Part shown: positions 42,666 to 55,629 of the stretch, in pieces
Layout: each line of letters begins with the position of its first letter
Numbering within the stretch: position 1 is the first letter of the stretch
Assembly: GCA_963851265.1 (NCBI GenBank)
Contig: CAWKNZ010000002.1
Coordinates: 480,001 to 544,000, forward strand
Length of the DNA stretch: 64,000 nucleotides
Direction: 5' to 3'
Source of the DNA: an uncultured Gemmatimonadales bacterium
GTDB lineage: Bacteria > Gemmatimonadota > Gemmatimonadetes > Gemmatimonadales > Gemmatimonadaceae
The notes under the pieces: generated by a model
The model's input: only the letters and a program-made list of their open reading frames with translations
The model's database searches: none
What the model was told of the DNA's origin: nothing
Program-made: the position numbers and the translations under genes

Positions 42666-43916
42666 TCAGGCCGCGAATCCGGGCTGCGCGGCAGCCGTCC
42701 CCGAGCCGAGCCGCAGCCGTCGCCGAACGTTCCGCTTGAGCCACCGGGTGTACAACGGCGGCCACGACGTGTCTCGCAGCCAGCCGTAGCTCGACCGTGG
42801 GCGGGCGAGCAGTTCGGCATACAGCCGTTCGAATCCGCTCACGTAGCCGCTCATCGCGAAACGTTCGGATACGAGTGCCGGCCCCGCTGCCCCGAGCGCC
42901 GCTCGCTTCGCTGGCGACGCCGCAAACTCGGCGAGCGCGTCCGCCAGTGCGTCCGGATTCTCGACCGGGACGACCACGCCCGACACACCGACGGCCAGCG
43001 CCTCGCGGTGGGCGGGGATGTCGGAGGCAATGACGGGCACCCCGAGCCACTGCGCCTCGAGCACGTTTAGACCGAGCGTCTCCTCTCTCGCACTCGTCAC
43101 GCACACGTCGCCCGCGTCGCGCACGACGGCACCCACGTCTGGGCGGTAGCCGAGGATGTGGACCACGCTACCCACGTCGAGGTCGGCGATCAGCCGGCGT
43201 ACCGATTCGGCGTCCTCGCCATCGCCGCAGATCAGGAGGCGGACGTCGATCCCGCGCGCCCGCGCCGCCGCAACGCCGCGTACCGTGACGTCGTGCGCCT
43301 TGCGGTGGATGAGCGAACCCACAGAGACGGCCACGAGCGCGCCGTCCGGGATGCCGAGTTCGCGCCGAAGGCCGCGCGCGTCGCCCTGCCCGAGGCGCTC
43401 GGTGTCGATCCCGTTGTAGATCACCCGCAGCCGGCTCTCGGGCACTCCGTCTCGCTCGAGGGGCTCGATCACGTGCTGCGCGACGCCGACATTCACGTCG
43501 ACTTGATGCACCAGCTCGCGCATCCGGATGTACTCGTCGTTCACCGGCAGGTGCAGGTGGCACACGACGGGCAGGCGCCCACCGCGGGCAACCGGAAGCA
43601 CCACGGGCAGCACGGCCGTCACGTTCGAGTGCACGAGGCGCACGTCTTGTGCGCGAAACACGTCGCGCAGCTTCGCGCGAAGCGCCGGCCGCCCCGCGCG
43701 GTTGCGCAGCACGGTCCAGTCGTCCGCCGGGTCGAGTTGCACGACACGCATGTCGAGCGCGGCCGCCGCTGCCGCGAGCGTCGGCTGCTCGCAGACGAGG
43801 AACGGGCGAAAGCGGGTACGGTCGACGCGGGCCATGAGGTCGAGCAGGCACTGCTCGCTGCCCCGGATCCAGTCGTGCCCGCGGTGCACGAATGCGATCG
43901 TCGCGGGGGTGCTCAT
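42666..43916 (-). CDS. Glycosyltransferase family 4
   Basis: GSEQ, VIYNGID, RKAHD, ETLGLNVLEA (E-X7-E). Confidence 0.9.
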   Translation of the reverse strand: MSTPATIAFVHRGHDWIRGSEQCLLDLMARVDRTRFRPFLVCEQPTLAAAAAALDMRVVQLDPADDWTVLRNRAGRPALRAKLRDVFRAQDVRLVHSNVTAVLPVVLPVARGGRLPVVCHLHLPVNDEYIRMRELVHQVDVNVGVAQHVIEPLERDGVPESRLRVIYNGIDTERLGQGDARGLRRELGIPDGALVAVSVGSLIHRKAHDVTVRGVAAARARGIDVRLLICGDGEDAESVRRLIADLDVGSVVHILGYRPDVGAVVRDAGDVCVTSAREETLGLNVLEAQWLGVPVIASDIPAHREALAVGVSGVVVPVENPDALADALAEFAASPAKRAALGAAGPALVSERFAMSGYVSGFERLYAELLARPRSSYGWLRDTSWPPLYTRWLKRNVRRRLRLGSGTAAAQPGFAA

Positions 43917-44947
43917 GCCATCGACTCTCGCGGTGTGGACATCGACCCGTCAGCCTGCAGCGCGGCCAGGCGGTCGCGGCGGGTCCTCGCATATTCGTGA
44001 ATCATCCCATACCGTTCCAAGATCTTGAACTGGAGCCAGAGGCGGTCCGGCTGCCGCCCCGGAACCAACCGCTTCAGGTACGCGACCGCGAGCGTCATCA
44101 ATTCGCGATACATCCACAGCGGCGCGCCGAGGAAGCGCCGCGCCGCGGGCGGCTCCGGGGCGAACAACGTGTGCCCGTCGAACACCGTCCGCGGCGGCGT
44201 CATGCGGACGACGGCGCGCCCGTGATCGAACGCCCACTTCCGGTGGTACGCGAGCGTGAGCCGGTGCGGCTGCACTTCGGCGTGGATCTCGATCGACGGG
44301 TCATACCATCCTCGATACCCCGCGTCCAGCAGCCGGATCTGCAATTCGTGATCTTCCGAGGCAGTGACGGCCCCTGGCGCGTGCTGGTAACGCGGGTCGA
44401 AGCCTCCCACTGCCTCGAACGCCGCGCGTCTCACGGCGAGATTCGCAGAGACCAGACACCGGAACGGCATCCGCCGCACCTCCGCCCCCTCCGCGCCGTA
44501 GTCGACGAGCGCCAGCGGCGACCAGAACCAGTCCGTGAGCCACTCCGGCGGCTCCGACGGCCAAATCGCTCGGATCGGACCGCCCGTATAATCCATCTCG
44601 GGGTGCGCATCGAACACGGCCGCGATGGCCGCGAGCCACGCCGGGGACACGCGCACGTCATCGTCGGTGAACACGACGAACTCGCCGTGAGCCGCCGCGA
44701 CTCCGGCGTTGCGCCCGTAGCTCGCGCCCTGACGCGCCTCGAACACGTACCGCAACCGCCCGTGCGCTGCGGGCAGGAACGCCTCCACCACGGCGCGCGT
44801 GTCGTCCGTGGAGTTATTGTCGACGACGATGATCTCGTGCGGCGGTGAATTCGGACCGAGTTCGAGGAGACTATCGATCGCGCCGCGAAGCGTGGCGGCG
44901 CGGTTGTACGTCGTGACGACGACGGAGTAGAGCGGCTGGACCGACAT
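43913..44947 (-). CDS. Glycosyltransferase family 2 (close paralog of 39467-40501)
   Basis: TTYNRA, VDNNSTD, GRNAG, FTDDD, EDHE. Confidence 0.92.
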   Translation of the reverse strand: MSVQPLYSVVVTTYNRAATLRGAIDSLLELGPNSPPHEIIVVDNNSTDDTRAVVEAFLPAAHGRLRYVFEARQGASYGRNAGVAAAHGEFVVFTDDDVRVSPAWLAAIAAVFDAHPEMDYTGGPIRAIWPSEPPEWLTDWFWSPLALVDYGAEGAEVRRMPFRCLVSANLAVRRAAFEAVGGFDPRYQHAPGAVTASEDHELQIRLLDAGYRGWYDPSIEIHAEVQPHRLTLAYHRKWAFDHGRAVVRMTPPRTVFDGHTLFAPEPPAARRFLGAPLWMYRELMTLAVAYLKRLVPGRQPDRLWLQFKILERYGMIHEYARTRRDRLAALQADGSMSTPRESMA

Positions 44948-45172
44948 CGGGGTGGCTACGGATGGCGGGGACACGGATCGACTGAACGGAGCGCGCAGTC
45001 GAGCGCGCTCCGACGTCGAGATCTGGCGATCACCGAAGCAAGTTTTGGGACAATGGTTCGGTCGACAAGTGGCACACCGTACCGTGACTCACCCTCGACA
45101 CTCGATCCCCAGACCGTGCGTGAGATCGAGCGATGGTAGGCCATGTTGAACGGATGATATACATTTCCTTTC

Positions 45173-45188
45173 ATCCGGATAAGCGGAT
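45173..45188. promoter_or_regulatory. ATCCG-N6-CGGAT palindrome upstream of metH
   Basis: ATCCGgataagCGGAT, with extra GAACGGAT half-sites at 45148-45155 and 45216-45223. Confidence 0.7.
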
Positions 45189-45190
45189 GA

Positions 45191-49075
<3,885 letters not shown>

Positions 49076-49099
49076 GCGGATGTCGCGTGCTCGCCGGCG

Positions 49100-49705
49100 T
49101 CAGCGCAGCGCGCCGGCGAGCACCCCGATCACCAGACGTTCGAGCAACGTCAGGGCGAAGTACGCGACGATCGGCGTGACGTCGATCATCCCGAGCGGTG
49201 GCACGACTTGCCGCAACGGATTCACGATCCAGTCGGTGAGCACGAACGCCCACCGCACCCACCCCGAGTACGGCGAGACGCCGAACCAGCTCGAGATCAC
49301 CCGCACGAACAGCGCGAGCTGCAGCGCCGCGAACGTGAGACTGATCAGCTCGAGCAGGAGCGGCCCCGAGCCCGCGCTCGCCGCGACGAGTAGCTGCACG
49401 AGCAGCCCCTGCACGACGCCGAGCATGTACAGCAACAACAGCCCGCCAACGACCACTCCGGCCAGCGTCCACCAGGGGGCGTTGGTCGGCAGGCCGCCCG
49501 CGCGCACGAGCCGCCGCTCCATCGGCGTGAAGATCGGATCGACGCGCGCCCGCACGAACCGGCCGACGCCGCCGAACGGACTCACGCGCCGGGTCCGCAC
49601 GGACACGCTGAGCGCGGCAAGGGCGGCCACGACCACGGCCACGCCGAACACGAGCGTGCGGAGTGCGGCGAGCGCGACGTTCAGAACCACGAGGAAGACG
49701 GGCAC
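49100..49705 (-). CDS. yggT: YggT family membrane protein
   Basis: RVISSWF...LTDWIVNPLRQVVPPLGMIDVTPIV. Confidence 0.85.
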   Translation of the reverse strand: MPVFLVVLNVALAALRTLVFGVAVVVAALAALSVSVRTRRVSPFGGVGRFVRARVDPIFTPMERRLVRAGGLPTNAPWWTLAGVVVGGLLLLYMLGVVQGLLVQLLVAASAGSGPLLLELISLTFAALQLALFVRVISSWFGVSPYSGWVRWAFVLTDWIVNPLRQVVPPLGMIDVTPIVAYFALTLLERLVIGVLAGALR

Positions 49706-50081
49706 GAGTGCAAGCTCGCCGGGCCCTGGCGCGCCGGCAAGGCGACGACGGCGCTGTCCTGTTGCCCCCGGTGTGCGACTGTTCAGCCGGATGTCACGAG
49801 CCTGCTACGGAGCGCCGCCAGCAGTCGCACCATGCGTGCTACGTTTCGTCTCTGGCGGAACAATCACCATCACGCCAGGGTCGCATCCCGGGCCGCCGGA
49901 CCGACTGGCGGCTTGCGCGAGAATGGTTCGACGCACCGGCGCACACGCCAGTGTCGGCGCGGCGTGTTACGTTTGCGGTCTGCAGGGCGATACTCGCTCC
50001 TGTTGGCGATCTTTTAACTCGCTCGGGCGCGGCGCACGGCGGCTCGCGTTCGGCCCCTCCTACGCACCCACCCTACCGTCC

Positions 50082-50603
50082 GTGCTTTCCGAAGAAAACC
50101 TCCTTCGGTACGTCCGCGCTCTGTACTCCGTCGGCCTACTGCTCGTATTCGTCCCGGTCGTCGATCTCGCGCTCCGGTCGTACCCGCCGCAGTTCGGAAC
50201 GCTGCAGTGGCGCTTCGCGACGACCGGTCTTCTGCTCGGAAATTACGGCACACTGGTCCTGGGCGTCGCCCTGATCGGGCTCACCGCCGCGCTCCTCGGT
50301 GACCGCGGGGTCCTTCGCGTGGTTGGCACCGGCGCGCTGGTCATGGCGGTGGTCACTCTCGCGCTGCTCGTACTCTTCGCGCTCGACGCGGTTCAGCTCC
50401 GCCAACTGGTGAACGTGAACGTCCAGCGCCAGGTCGGACTCTCGTCGGCCGCGGCGGCCATCACGGGCGTGCTCGGCACCATGGCGTGGTTCGTCATCGG
50501 GCGTAGCGCGATGACCGCCAGCCGGTCGGCGCGCCCCGTCGCGAACCGCGCCCGCGCGGCGTCGCCGCTGGTGATGGCGTCGGGCACCGGAGACTCGGTG
50601 TGA
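50082..50603 (+). CDS. Hypothetical 4-TM membrane protein coupled to exosortase
   Basis: GTG start VLSEENLL; four hydrophobic segments; stop overlaps the exosortase start (GTGA). Confidence 0.7.
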   Translation: MLSEENLLRYVRALYSVGLLLVFVPVVDLALRSYPPQFGTLQWRFATTGLLLGNYGTLVLGVALIGLTAALLGDRGVLRVVGTGALVMAVVTLALLVLFALDAVQLRQLVNVNVQRQVGLSSAAAAITGVLGTMAWFVIGRSAMTASRSARPVANRARAASPLVMASGTGDSV

Positions 50604-51625
50604 CCACGCCCGCATTGCCTGCGCCGCTCGCCGGAGGCAGTGCGGCCGAGGATCGTCCGGCGCGACCGCGTCCGCCGGCCGGTCGCTCCATCTCCGCCGA
50701 GGTCGCGCGTGCGGCCTCGACGTTGCGCGTGGTCGCGACCCCGGCCGGGCTCGTGACCATCGCGCTTTTCGCGTTCCTGTTTGCACGCCCCGCGTATCTC
50801 CTCGTGCGCGACTGGTGGTCCAACCCGGAAGCCGGGCACGGACTGCTCCTCGCGCCGCTCGCGCTCTGGTTCGCGTACAAGAGTGGCATCCGCCCGGACG
50901 CGCGTCCCAATCGCGTCGCCGGGGCGGCGATCATCGTCGTTGCCGTCGGATTCCGCTGGGTCGCCGACCTCGCGGCCGAGCTGTTCGTCATGCGCGGATC
51001 GATGCTGCTCGCCATCGCCGGCCTCGTGGTCTGGCATTACGGCGTCCGCCAGGTGGTTCGCTGGTGGCTTCCATTCGCGCTCGTCGCGTTGTCGATCCCG
51101 CTGCCGGACGTGATCCTCAACCGGGTGGCCTTCCCGCTGCAGCTCATCGCGTCGCGGATCGGGGCGTCGCTGCTGGCGTGGCGCGAGATCCCGGTGCTGC
51201 TCACCGGGAACGTCATCCACATCCCGCGCCACGAGCTGTTCGTCGCCGAGGCGTGTAGTGGTCTCCGGTCGCTCACCGCGCTGATCAGCCTCGGCGTACT
51301 GCTGGGCGCGATCCTCCTGCGACACCCGCTCAGCCGCGTGCTCCTGATCGCCGCCGTCGTCCCGGTCGCGATCGTGCTCAACGGCGTGCGCGTGTTCCTG
51401 ACGGGATTCCTCGTCTACTTCGTCGATCCCGCGCTCGGCGAGGGCTTCATGCACCTGACTGAGGGCATGCTCGTCTTCGTCGTCGCGTTCGCGATCCTCG
51501 GCGCGCTCGCGTTCGGCGTCGCCGCGCTCGAGGAGCGGGTACTCCCCTCGGTCGACCGTCGCGGCGGTACGCGGGTACCAAACGTCATGAACAGCGCTGC
51601 CGTCTCCGTGCCCGACCATGCCTGA
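50600..51625 (+). CDS. Exosortase (EpsH family)
   Basis: HGLLL, PLQ, GNVI, VAEACSGLRSL (Cys), NGVRV (Arg), FMHLTEG (His). Confidence 0.93.
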   Translation: MTTPALPAPLAGGSAAEDRPARPRPPAGRSISAEVARAASTLRVVATPAGLVTIALFAFLFARPAYLLVRDWWSNPEAGHGLLLAPLALWFAYKSGIRPDARPNRVAGAAIIVVAVGFRWVADLAAELFVMRGSMLLAIAGLVVWHYGVRQVVRWWLPFALVALSIPLPDVILNRVAFPLQLIASRIGASLLAWREIPVLLTGNVIHIPRHELFVAEACSGLRSLTALISLGVLLGAILLRHPLSRVLLIAAVVPVAIVLNGVRVFLTGFLVYFVDPALGEGFMHLTEGMLVFVVAFAILGALAFGVAALEERVLPSVDRRGGTRVPNVMNSAAVSVPDHA

Positions 51626-52289
51626 CGTCGCCCGCTTCGCCCCGGCCGCCCTGCTCGGCGTCGGGTGCCTTCTCATCTCCGGCGTCCGCGAACAGCAACG
51701 CGTGCCGCCGCGCCTCCCGCTCGCGGACGTGCAGGTGAACGTGCCGGGCTACGTCGCGCGCGACACCACTGTCGACGAAGCGGAGCGCAAGGTCGCGGGC
51801 ATGAGCCATTACCTGTCGCGGCTCTATCAGCGCACGCCGACCGACGCCTTCGGCGTGTACGTCGGCTACTACGATTATCAGGTCCAGGGCAAGTCCATCC
51901 ACTCCCCCAAGAATTGCCTGCCCGGCGCCGGGTGGGAGCCGCTCGACGCCGGCGTGCGGACCGTCGCGCTCCCGGGCGGCGATTCGGCGCACGTGAACCG
52001 ATTCCTCCTCGCCAACAAGGGCGCACAGGCGCTCGTGTACTACTGGTACGAGGGGCGTGGACGCGTCGAGCCGAGCGAGTACCGTGTGAAGTGGAACCTG
52101 ATCCGCGACGCCGCACGCTACGGGCGGACGGAAGAAGCGCTCGTGCGCATCGTCGTCCCGATTGACGTGCGGAACGTTGCGCCCGGCAAGCGCCCCAACT
52201 ACGCGGCCGCGGATCAGCTCGCGAGCGCCGTCGCGGCGCAGTTGGTCCCGGGCGTTCGCCGCGTGCTCCCCGCCGCGCCGGCCGCCTAA
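51618..52289 (+). CDS. epsI: Exosortase-associated EpsI family protein
   Basis: VYVGYY...SIHSPKNCLPGAGW...YYWY..RGR...ALVRI. Confidence 0.9.
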   Translation: MPDVARFAPAALLGVGCLLISGVREQQRVPPRLPLADVQVNVPGYVARDTTVDEAERKVAGMSHYLSRLYQRTPTDAFGVYVGYYDYQVQGKSIHSPKNCLPGAGWEPLDAGVRTVALPGGDSAHVNRFLLANKGAQALVYYWYEGRGRVEPSEYRVKWNLIRDAARYGRTEEALVRIVVPIDVRNVAPGKRPNYAAADQLASAVAAQLVPGVRRVLPAAPAA

Positions 52290-52650
52290 CGCTCGACGAG
52301 CCGGGCCGTCGGGCGGCCGCGGACTCCAGCAGGGATCACTGGGAGTGGCGTCGCGCGGTTCGCCGCGCCGGCGTCATCCCAGCTCGCAGCGGGTGCCGTG
52401 AACGTCCCCGACATCGGGTACGCCTACAGGTGCACCCTCGGTTCGATGTTCGGGTTGGGGGCGGTACGGTGGTTCGGTCGAACGCGCTTGCGTCGCCAAG
52501 CCCCTGTTCAAGAGAGCCACGAAGGCATGTTTCGAGACGCCTGATGCCGACGGTACCGGAAGCACTCGCGCGCCGCCGTGGCTCGGCATCCGCCGCGTCC
52601 CCACGTCAGAGCTCGGAATCGCCTCGAGAGATCACGTGGCGACAGGGCGG

Positions 52651-54003
52651 CTACTCAGGCTCTACAGCGCGGCGTGCAGATTCGGACGATACCGCCCGGG
52701 CAAACTCGTCGGCAACGCGAGACCAGTCGAACGTGTCGCGCGCGAGTTCCCAGAACTTCGCGACCGTCGCGTCGTTCCCGGCCGGATCGTCGAGCCCACG
52801 CAGGATCTCCTCTGCCAGCTTCGCCGGAGCGTCGGCGGCCGTGAACAGCGCCCGAAGGGGGTCGGGGAGGAACTCGAAGGCGTACGACGTTCCCACGACG
52901 CACGTGCCTGTCGCGAGCGCCTCGACGACCTTGTTTTTGAATCCGCTGCCGAGCGTCATCGGCGCGACGTAGAGCGCGCTTCGCGCCAGCTCGGCGCGGA
53001 TGTCGTCGACCCACCCGGTGATCTCCACGTTAGGCCCGGCGAGCGCCCGCAACTCGGGCTGCGGGTTGGAGCCGGCGACGACGAACCGGACGCCGGGCCG
53101 CCGCCCGACGACCAGCGGCAGCACGCGTTGGATGAACCACAGCGCGGAGTAGTGGTTGGGCGCGAAGTCCATCGCGCCGGTGAAGATCAGGCGGTCGCGC
53201 TCGCGCAAGGCGCCCGTGAGTGTCGGTTTCGCGCGGATGCCGTTCGGGACCGTATGCACCGTCGCCGCGGAGCCGAGCAGGCGCGTCATCGCGAGTGCGT
53301 CGACCGGCGAGACGAACACGTTGTGGTCGGCGCGACGGCCGTAGTAGCGCTCGAACAGCCCCGCCTCCCACGACTGGAACACCCCCTGCGCGACGTGCCC
53401 CCAATCGCGGCGCTCGAACGCGGACCGACCCGCGCGCGCGTACTGCAGGTTGTGCGAATCCTTCCAGTCGATCGCGACGGGCGCGTGCCGACGTAGCGCC
53501 GGACCGGAAAAAATCAGGTGTGGGTCCGTGAAGACGAAGAGGTCGGGCGATACGGCGCGCGCGACGGCGTCGAGTTCGGCCGTCATGGCACGCCGCTCGG
53601 GGCCGAGCGCGACCGCACGGGCCGCGGGGTGCAGCACCGAGCGCGCCACCTTTCCGCGCAGCCACGAGTGACGCAGCCGGATCCGGCTGTATCCCGTGAT
53701 GACCTGCTGGTCGCGCAGGCGGTCCAGGTACGGTCCGGGGAGCGCCGGGTCGGTGTGGTCGAACTCGCACGCAATGAAGTGCACCTCCGCGCCGCGGCGT
53801 ACCCATTCGCGCGCGATCGCGAACGATCGCAGGTGCCCTCCGTGCTCCCACCCGTGCGCGTAGTACAGTGTGACGCACCACGCGCTCCGCCGCGGCGGCG
53901 CGTGGTGCGTAGTCGCCGGGTCGGTCGGTTGGACCCGTGTACCCGCTGCCGCCGGCGGGAGTGGCCCGCGCGTCGCAGGCCGCGTGGGGGTGGGGCTAGA
54001 CAT
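52651..54003 (-). CDS. Glycosyltransferase family 4
   Basis: HGGHLR, VPNG, FTGAMDFAPN, GSGFKNKVVEALA. Confidence 0.88.
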   Translation of the reverse strand: MSSPTPTRPATRGPLPPAAAGTRVQPTDPATTHHAPPRRSAWCVTLYYAHGWEHGGHLRSFAIAREWVRRGAEVHFIACEFDHTDPALPGPYLDRLRDQQVITGYSRIRLRHSWLRGKVARSVLHPAARAVALGPERRAMTAELDAVARAVSPDLFVFTDPHLIFSGPALRRHAPVAIDWKDSHNLQYARAGRSAFERRDWGHVAQGVFQSWEAGLFERYYGRRADHNVFVSPVDALAMTRLLGSAATVHTVPNGIRAKPTLTGALRERDRLIFTGAMDFAPNHYSALWFIQRVLPLVVGRRPGVRFVVAGSNPQPELRALAGPNVEITGWVDDIRAELARSALYVAPMTLGSGFKNKVVEALATGTCVVGTSYAFEFLPDPLRALFTAADAPAKLAEEILRGLDDPAGNDATVAKFWELARDTFDWSRVADEFARAVSSESARRAVEPE

Positions 54004-55246
54004 GAGCGGCGGATGTGAGTCGCTGGCCGTTGACGCCGTCGTACACGCGCCCGAGTCGCTGTCCGATGCCGTCCCAGGAATAATGATCGAGGACGAATGC
54101 GCGGCCGGCTTCCGCGAGGCGAGCGGCGAGGCGTGGATCGCCCTCGACGCGGCGTACCTGGGAGACTGTCTCGGCGACGTCGTTCGCCTCGAGGTAATGC
54201 TCGCCGTCGATGAGGCCGATGCCCTCGACGCCGATGCGCGTGGCGACCAGCGGCCGGCCGAGCGCGAGCGCGTCGAGCACTTTCAGCCGCGTCCCACCGC
54301 CGACCCGGATCGGGCAGATGTACGTCGTCGCGCCGCGCACGTGCGGTCGGACGTCGTCGACGAAACCGAGTACCCGGACGCGCGGATCGGATGCCGCGAG
54401 CGCCACCGCGCGGGCGGGCGGATGGCGACCGATGATCACCGCCGACCGGTCGCGATCAGCGTCGGCGAGCGCGGGCCACAGTTCGGCGGCGAACCACTCG
54501 ATCGCGTCGGCGTTCGGGAACCAGTCCATCCCGCCTGCCCAGACCAAGCTGCGCGGCCGGACCGGCTGCGCCGGATCCGGCGTGAAAAACGTCACGTCGA
54601 CGCCGTTCGGAATCGTTTCGACCCGCGCGTCCGGCGCGATCGTGCGCAGTCGCTCGCCATCGAGGTCCGAGACCACGAGGTTGCAGGCAGCGCGCGTCGA
54701 GAACTCGCGTTCGGCGCGCAGGGTCCCACGCGCCTGTCGCGCAAAGAAGGCGCGCGCCGGGCCGCGCATGCGCTCGGCCCGGCGCTCAAGCAGGTGCGAC
54801 TCGACATTATGGTGGTTCAGCACGAACGGCGTGTTGCCGAGCAGGGGCACGTAGCCGCAGAGAAAAACCGTATCGAGGTGCGCGACGTCGAACTGCACTC
54901 GGCTCATCAGCGCGCGCGTGTAGGCGACCGCGTCCGCGTTGTCGAACAGGTGTTCCCAGTACGTTGCCTGTCCGATCGACGCGCGCGCGACGCGCGCGCC
55001 CGCGCGCACGCGGCGAACGTTGCTCGGAAGGGCGACGACGCGCGCTGACGCGAGGATCCGCGCGAGTGCCGACTCGGCATCGCGCAATGCGTCATCCGAG
55101 GCGAACGAGCCAGCCGGCGCGAGCGCGACGAGGTGCGTCTCGTAGCGCTGGGCGGCCTGCGCGAGCAGGTGGTGCGTCCGCTGAAGCGCGCCGTGCCCCG
55201 TTGCCGGGTACGGCGCGAAATGCGAGAGCCAGAAAAGGCGTGACAT
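53996..55246 (-). CDS. Glycosyltransferase family 4 (PEP-CTERM/EPS-associated type)
   Basis: PYPATGHGALQR, HNVES, IPNGVD, GGMDWFPN, GGGTRLKVLDA. Confidence 0.9.
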   Translation of the reverse strand: MSRLFWLSHFAPYPATGHGALQRTHHLLAQAAQRYETHLVALAPAGSFASDDALRDAESALARILASARVVALPSNVRRVRAGARVARASIGQATYWEHLFDNADAVAYTRALMSRVQFDVAHLDTVFLCGYVPLLGNTPFVLNHHNVESHLLERRAERMRGPARAFFARQARGTLRAEREFSTRAACNLVVSDLDGERLRTIAPDARVETIPNGVDVTFFTPDPAQPVRPRSLVWAGGMDWFPNADAIEWFAAELWPALADADRDRSAVIIGRHPPARAVALAASDPRVRVLGFVDDVRPHVRGATTYICPIRVGGGTRLKVLDALALGRPLVATRIGVEGIGLIDGEHYLEANDVAETVSQVRRVEGDPRLAARLAEAGRAFVLDHYSWDGIGQRLGRVYDGVNGQRLTSAAHV

Positions 55247-55424
55247 CGAAGAGGGAACGGCGCCGAACGTCTGCAACGGTGACGGCGGTGCGGTCGTACG
55301 GTAACGACCCCGGGCCGGCCAAGTCGATGCCGCCGCACACTGCATTTATTGGACGGTCGCCTTCGCTCCATGCGCACGAGCTGTTACAAGCTCGACCAAC
55401 GTGCGTCTTCGCGGTGCACGACGA

Positions 55425-55442
55425 TTGTGATATCGCGCACAA
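55425..55442. promoter_or_regulatory. CRP/FNR-family-like box in a divergent promoter
   Basis: tTGTGA-tatcgc-GCACAa, 9/10 match to TGTGA-N6-TCACA. Confidence 0.5.
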
Positions 55443-55508
55443 GATGTAGCTCGGTGCGACTTACGCGTCGTGAGTACGAGAGGTAGGCGCATCCCCGCGT
55501 CGTGCAGG

Positions 55509-55617
55509 GATCGACTGATAACGGCAAACCCGTCGAAAGGCGGGGACGCAAAGCCACGAGGCTACCACCGCCGGGGGAGGACTCCCGGGGTCACGCTAGT
55601 CGGGCCGCCAAACGATC
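55509..55617 (+). ncRNA. c-di-GMP-I (GEMM) riboswitch
   Basis: GGCAAACCcgtcGAAAggcgGGGACGCAAAGCC core with GAAA tetraloop; P1 GATCG/CGATC; ends 12 nt before the ATG at 55630. Confidence 0.9.
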
Positions 55618-55629
55618 ACCGCTGGAACC

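Noticed and set aside
44950..45190. SAM or cobalamin riboswitch upstream of metH or yitJ
   Set aside because: No recognisable SAM-I core or B12 box; only the DNA palindrome reported above.
52284..52650. Integron attC site or cassette array, since GCCTAAC and GTTAGGC match the attC inverse-core and core consensus and some sit on stop codons
   Set aside because: No inverse-core/core pair at attC spacing with an internal palindrome, no integrase, and most copies lie inside conserved housekeeping genes.
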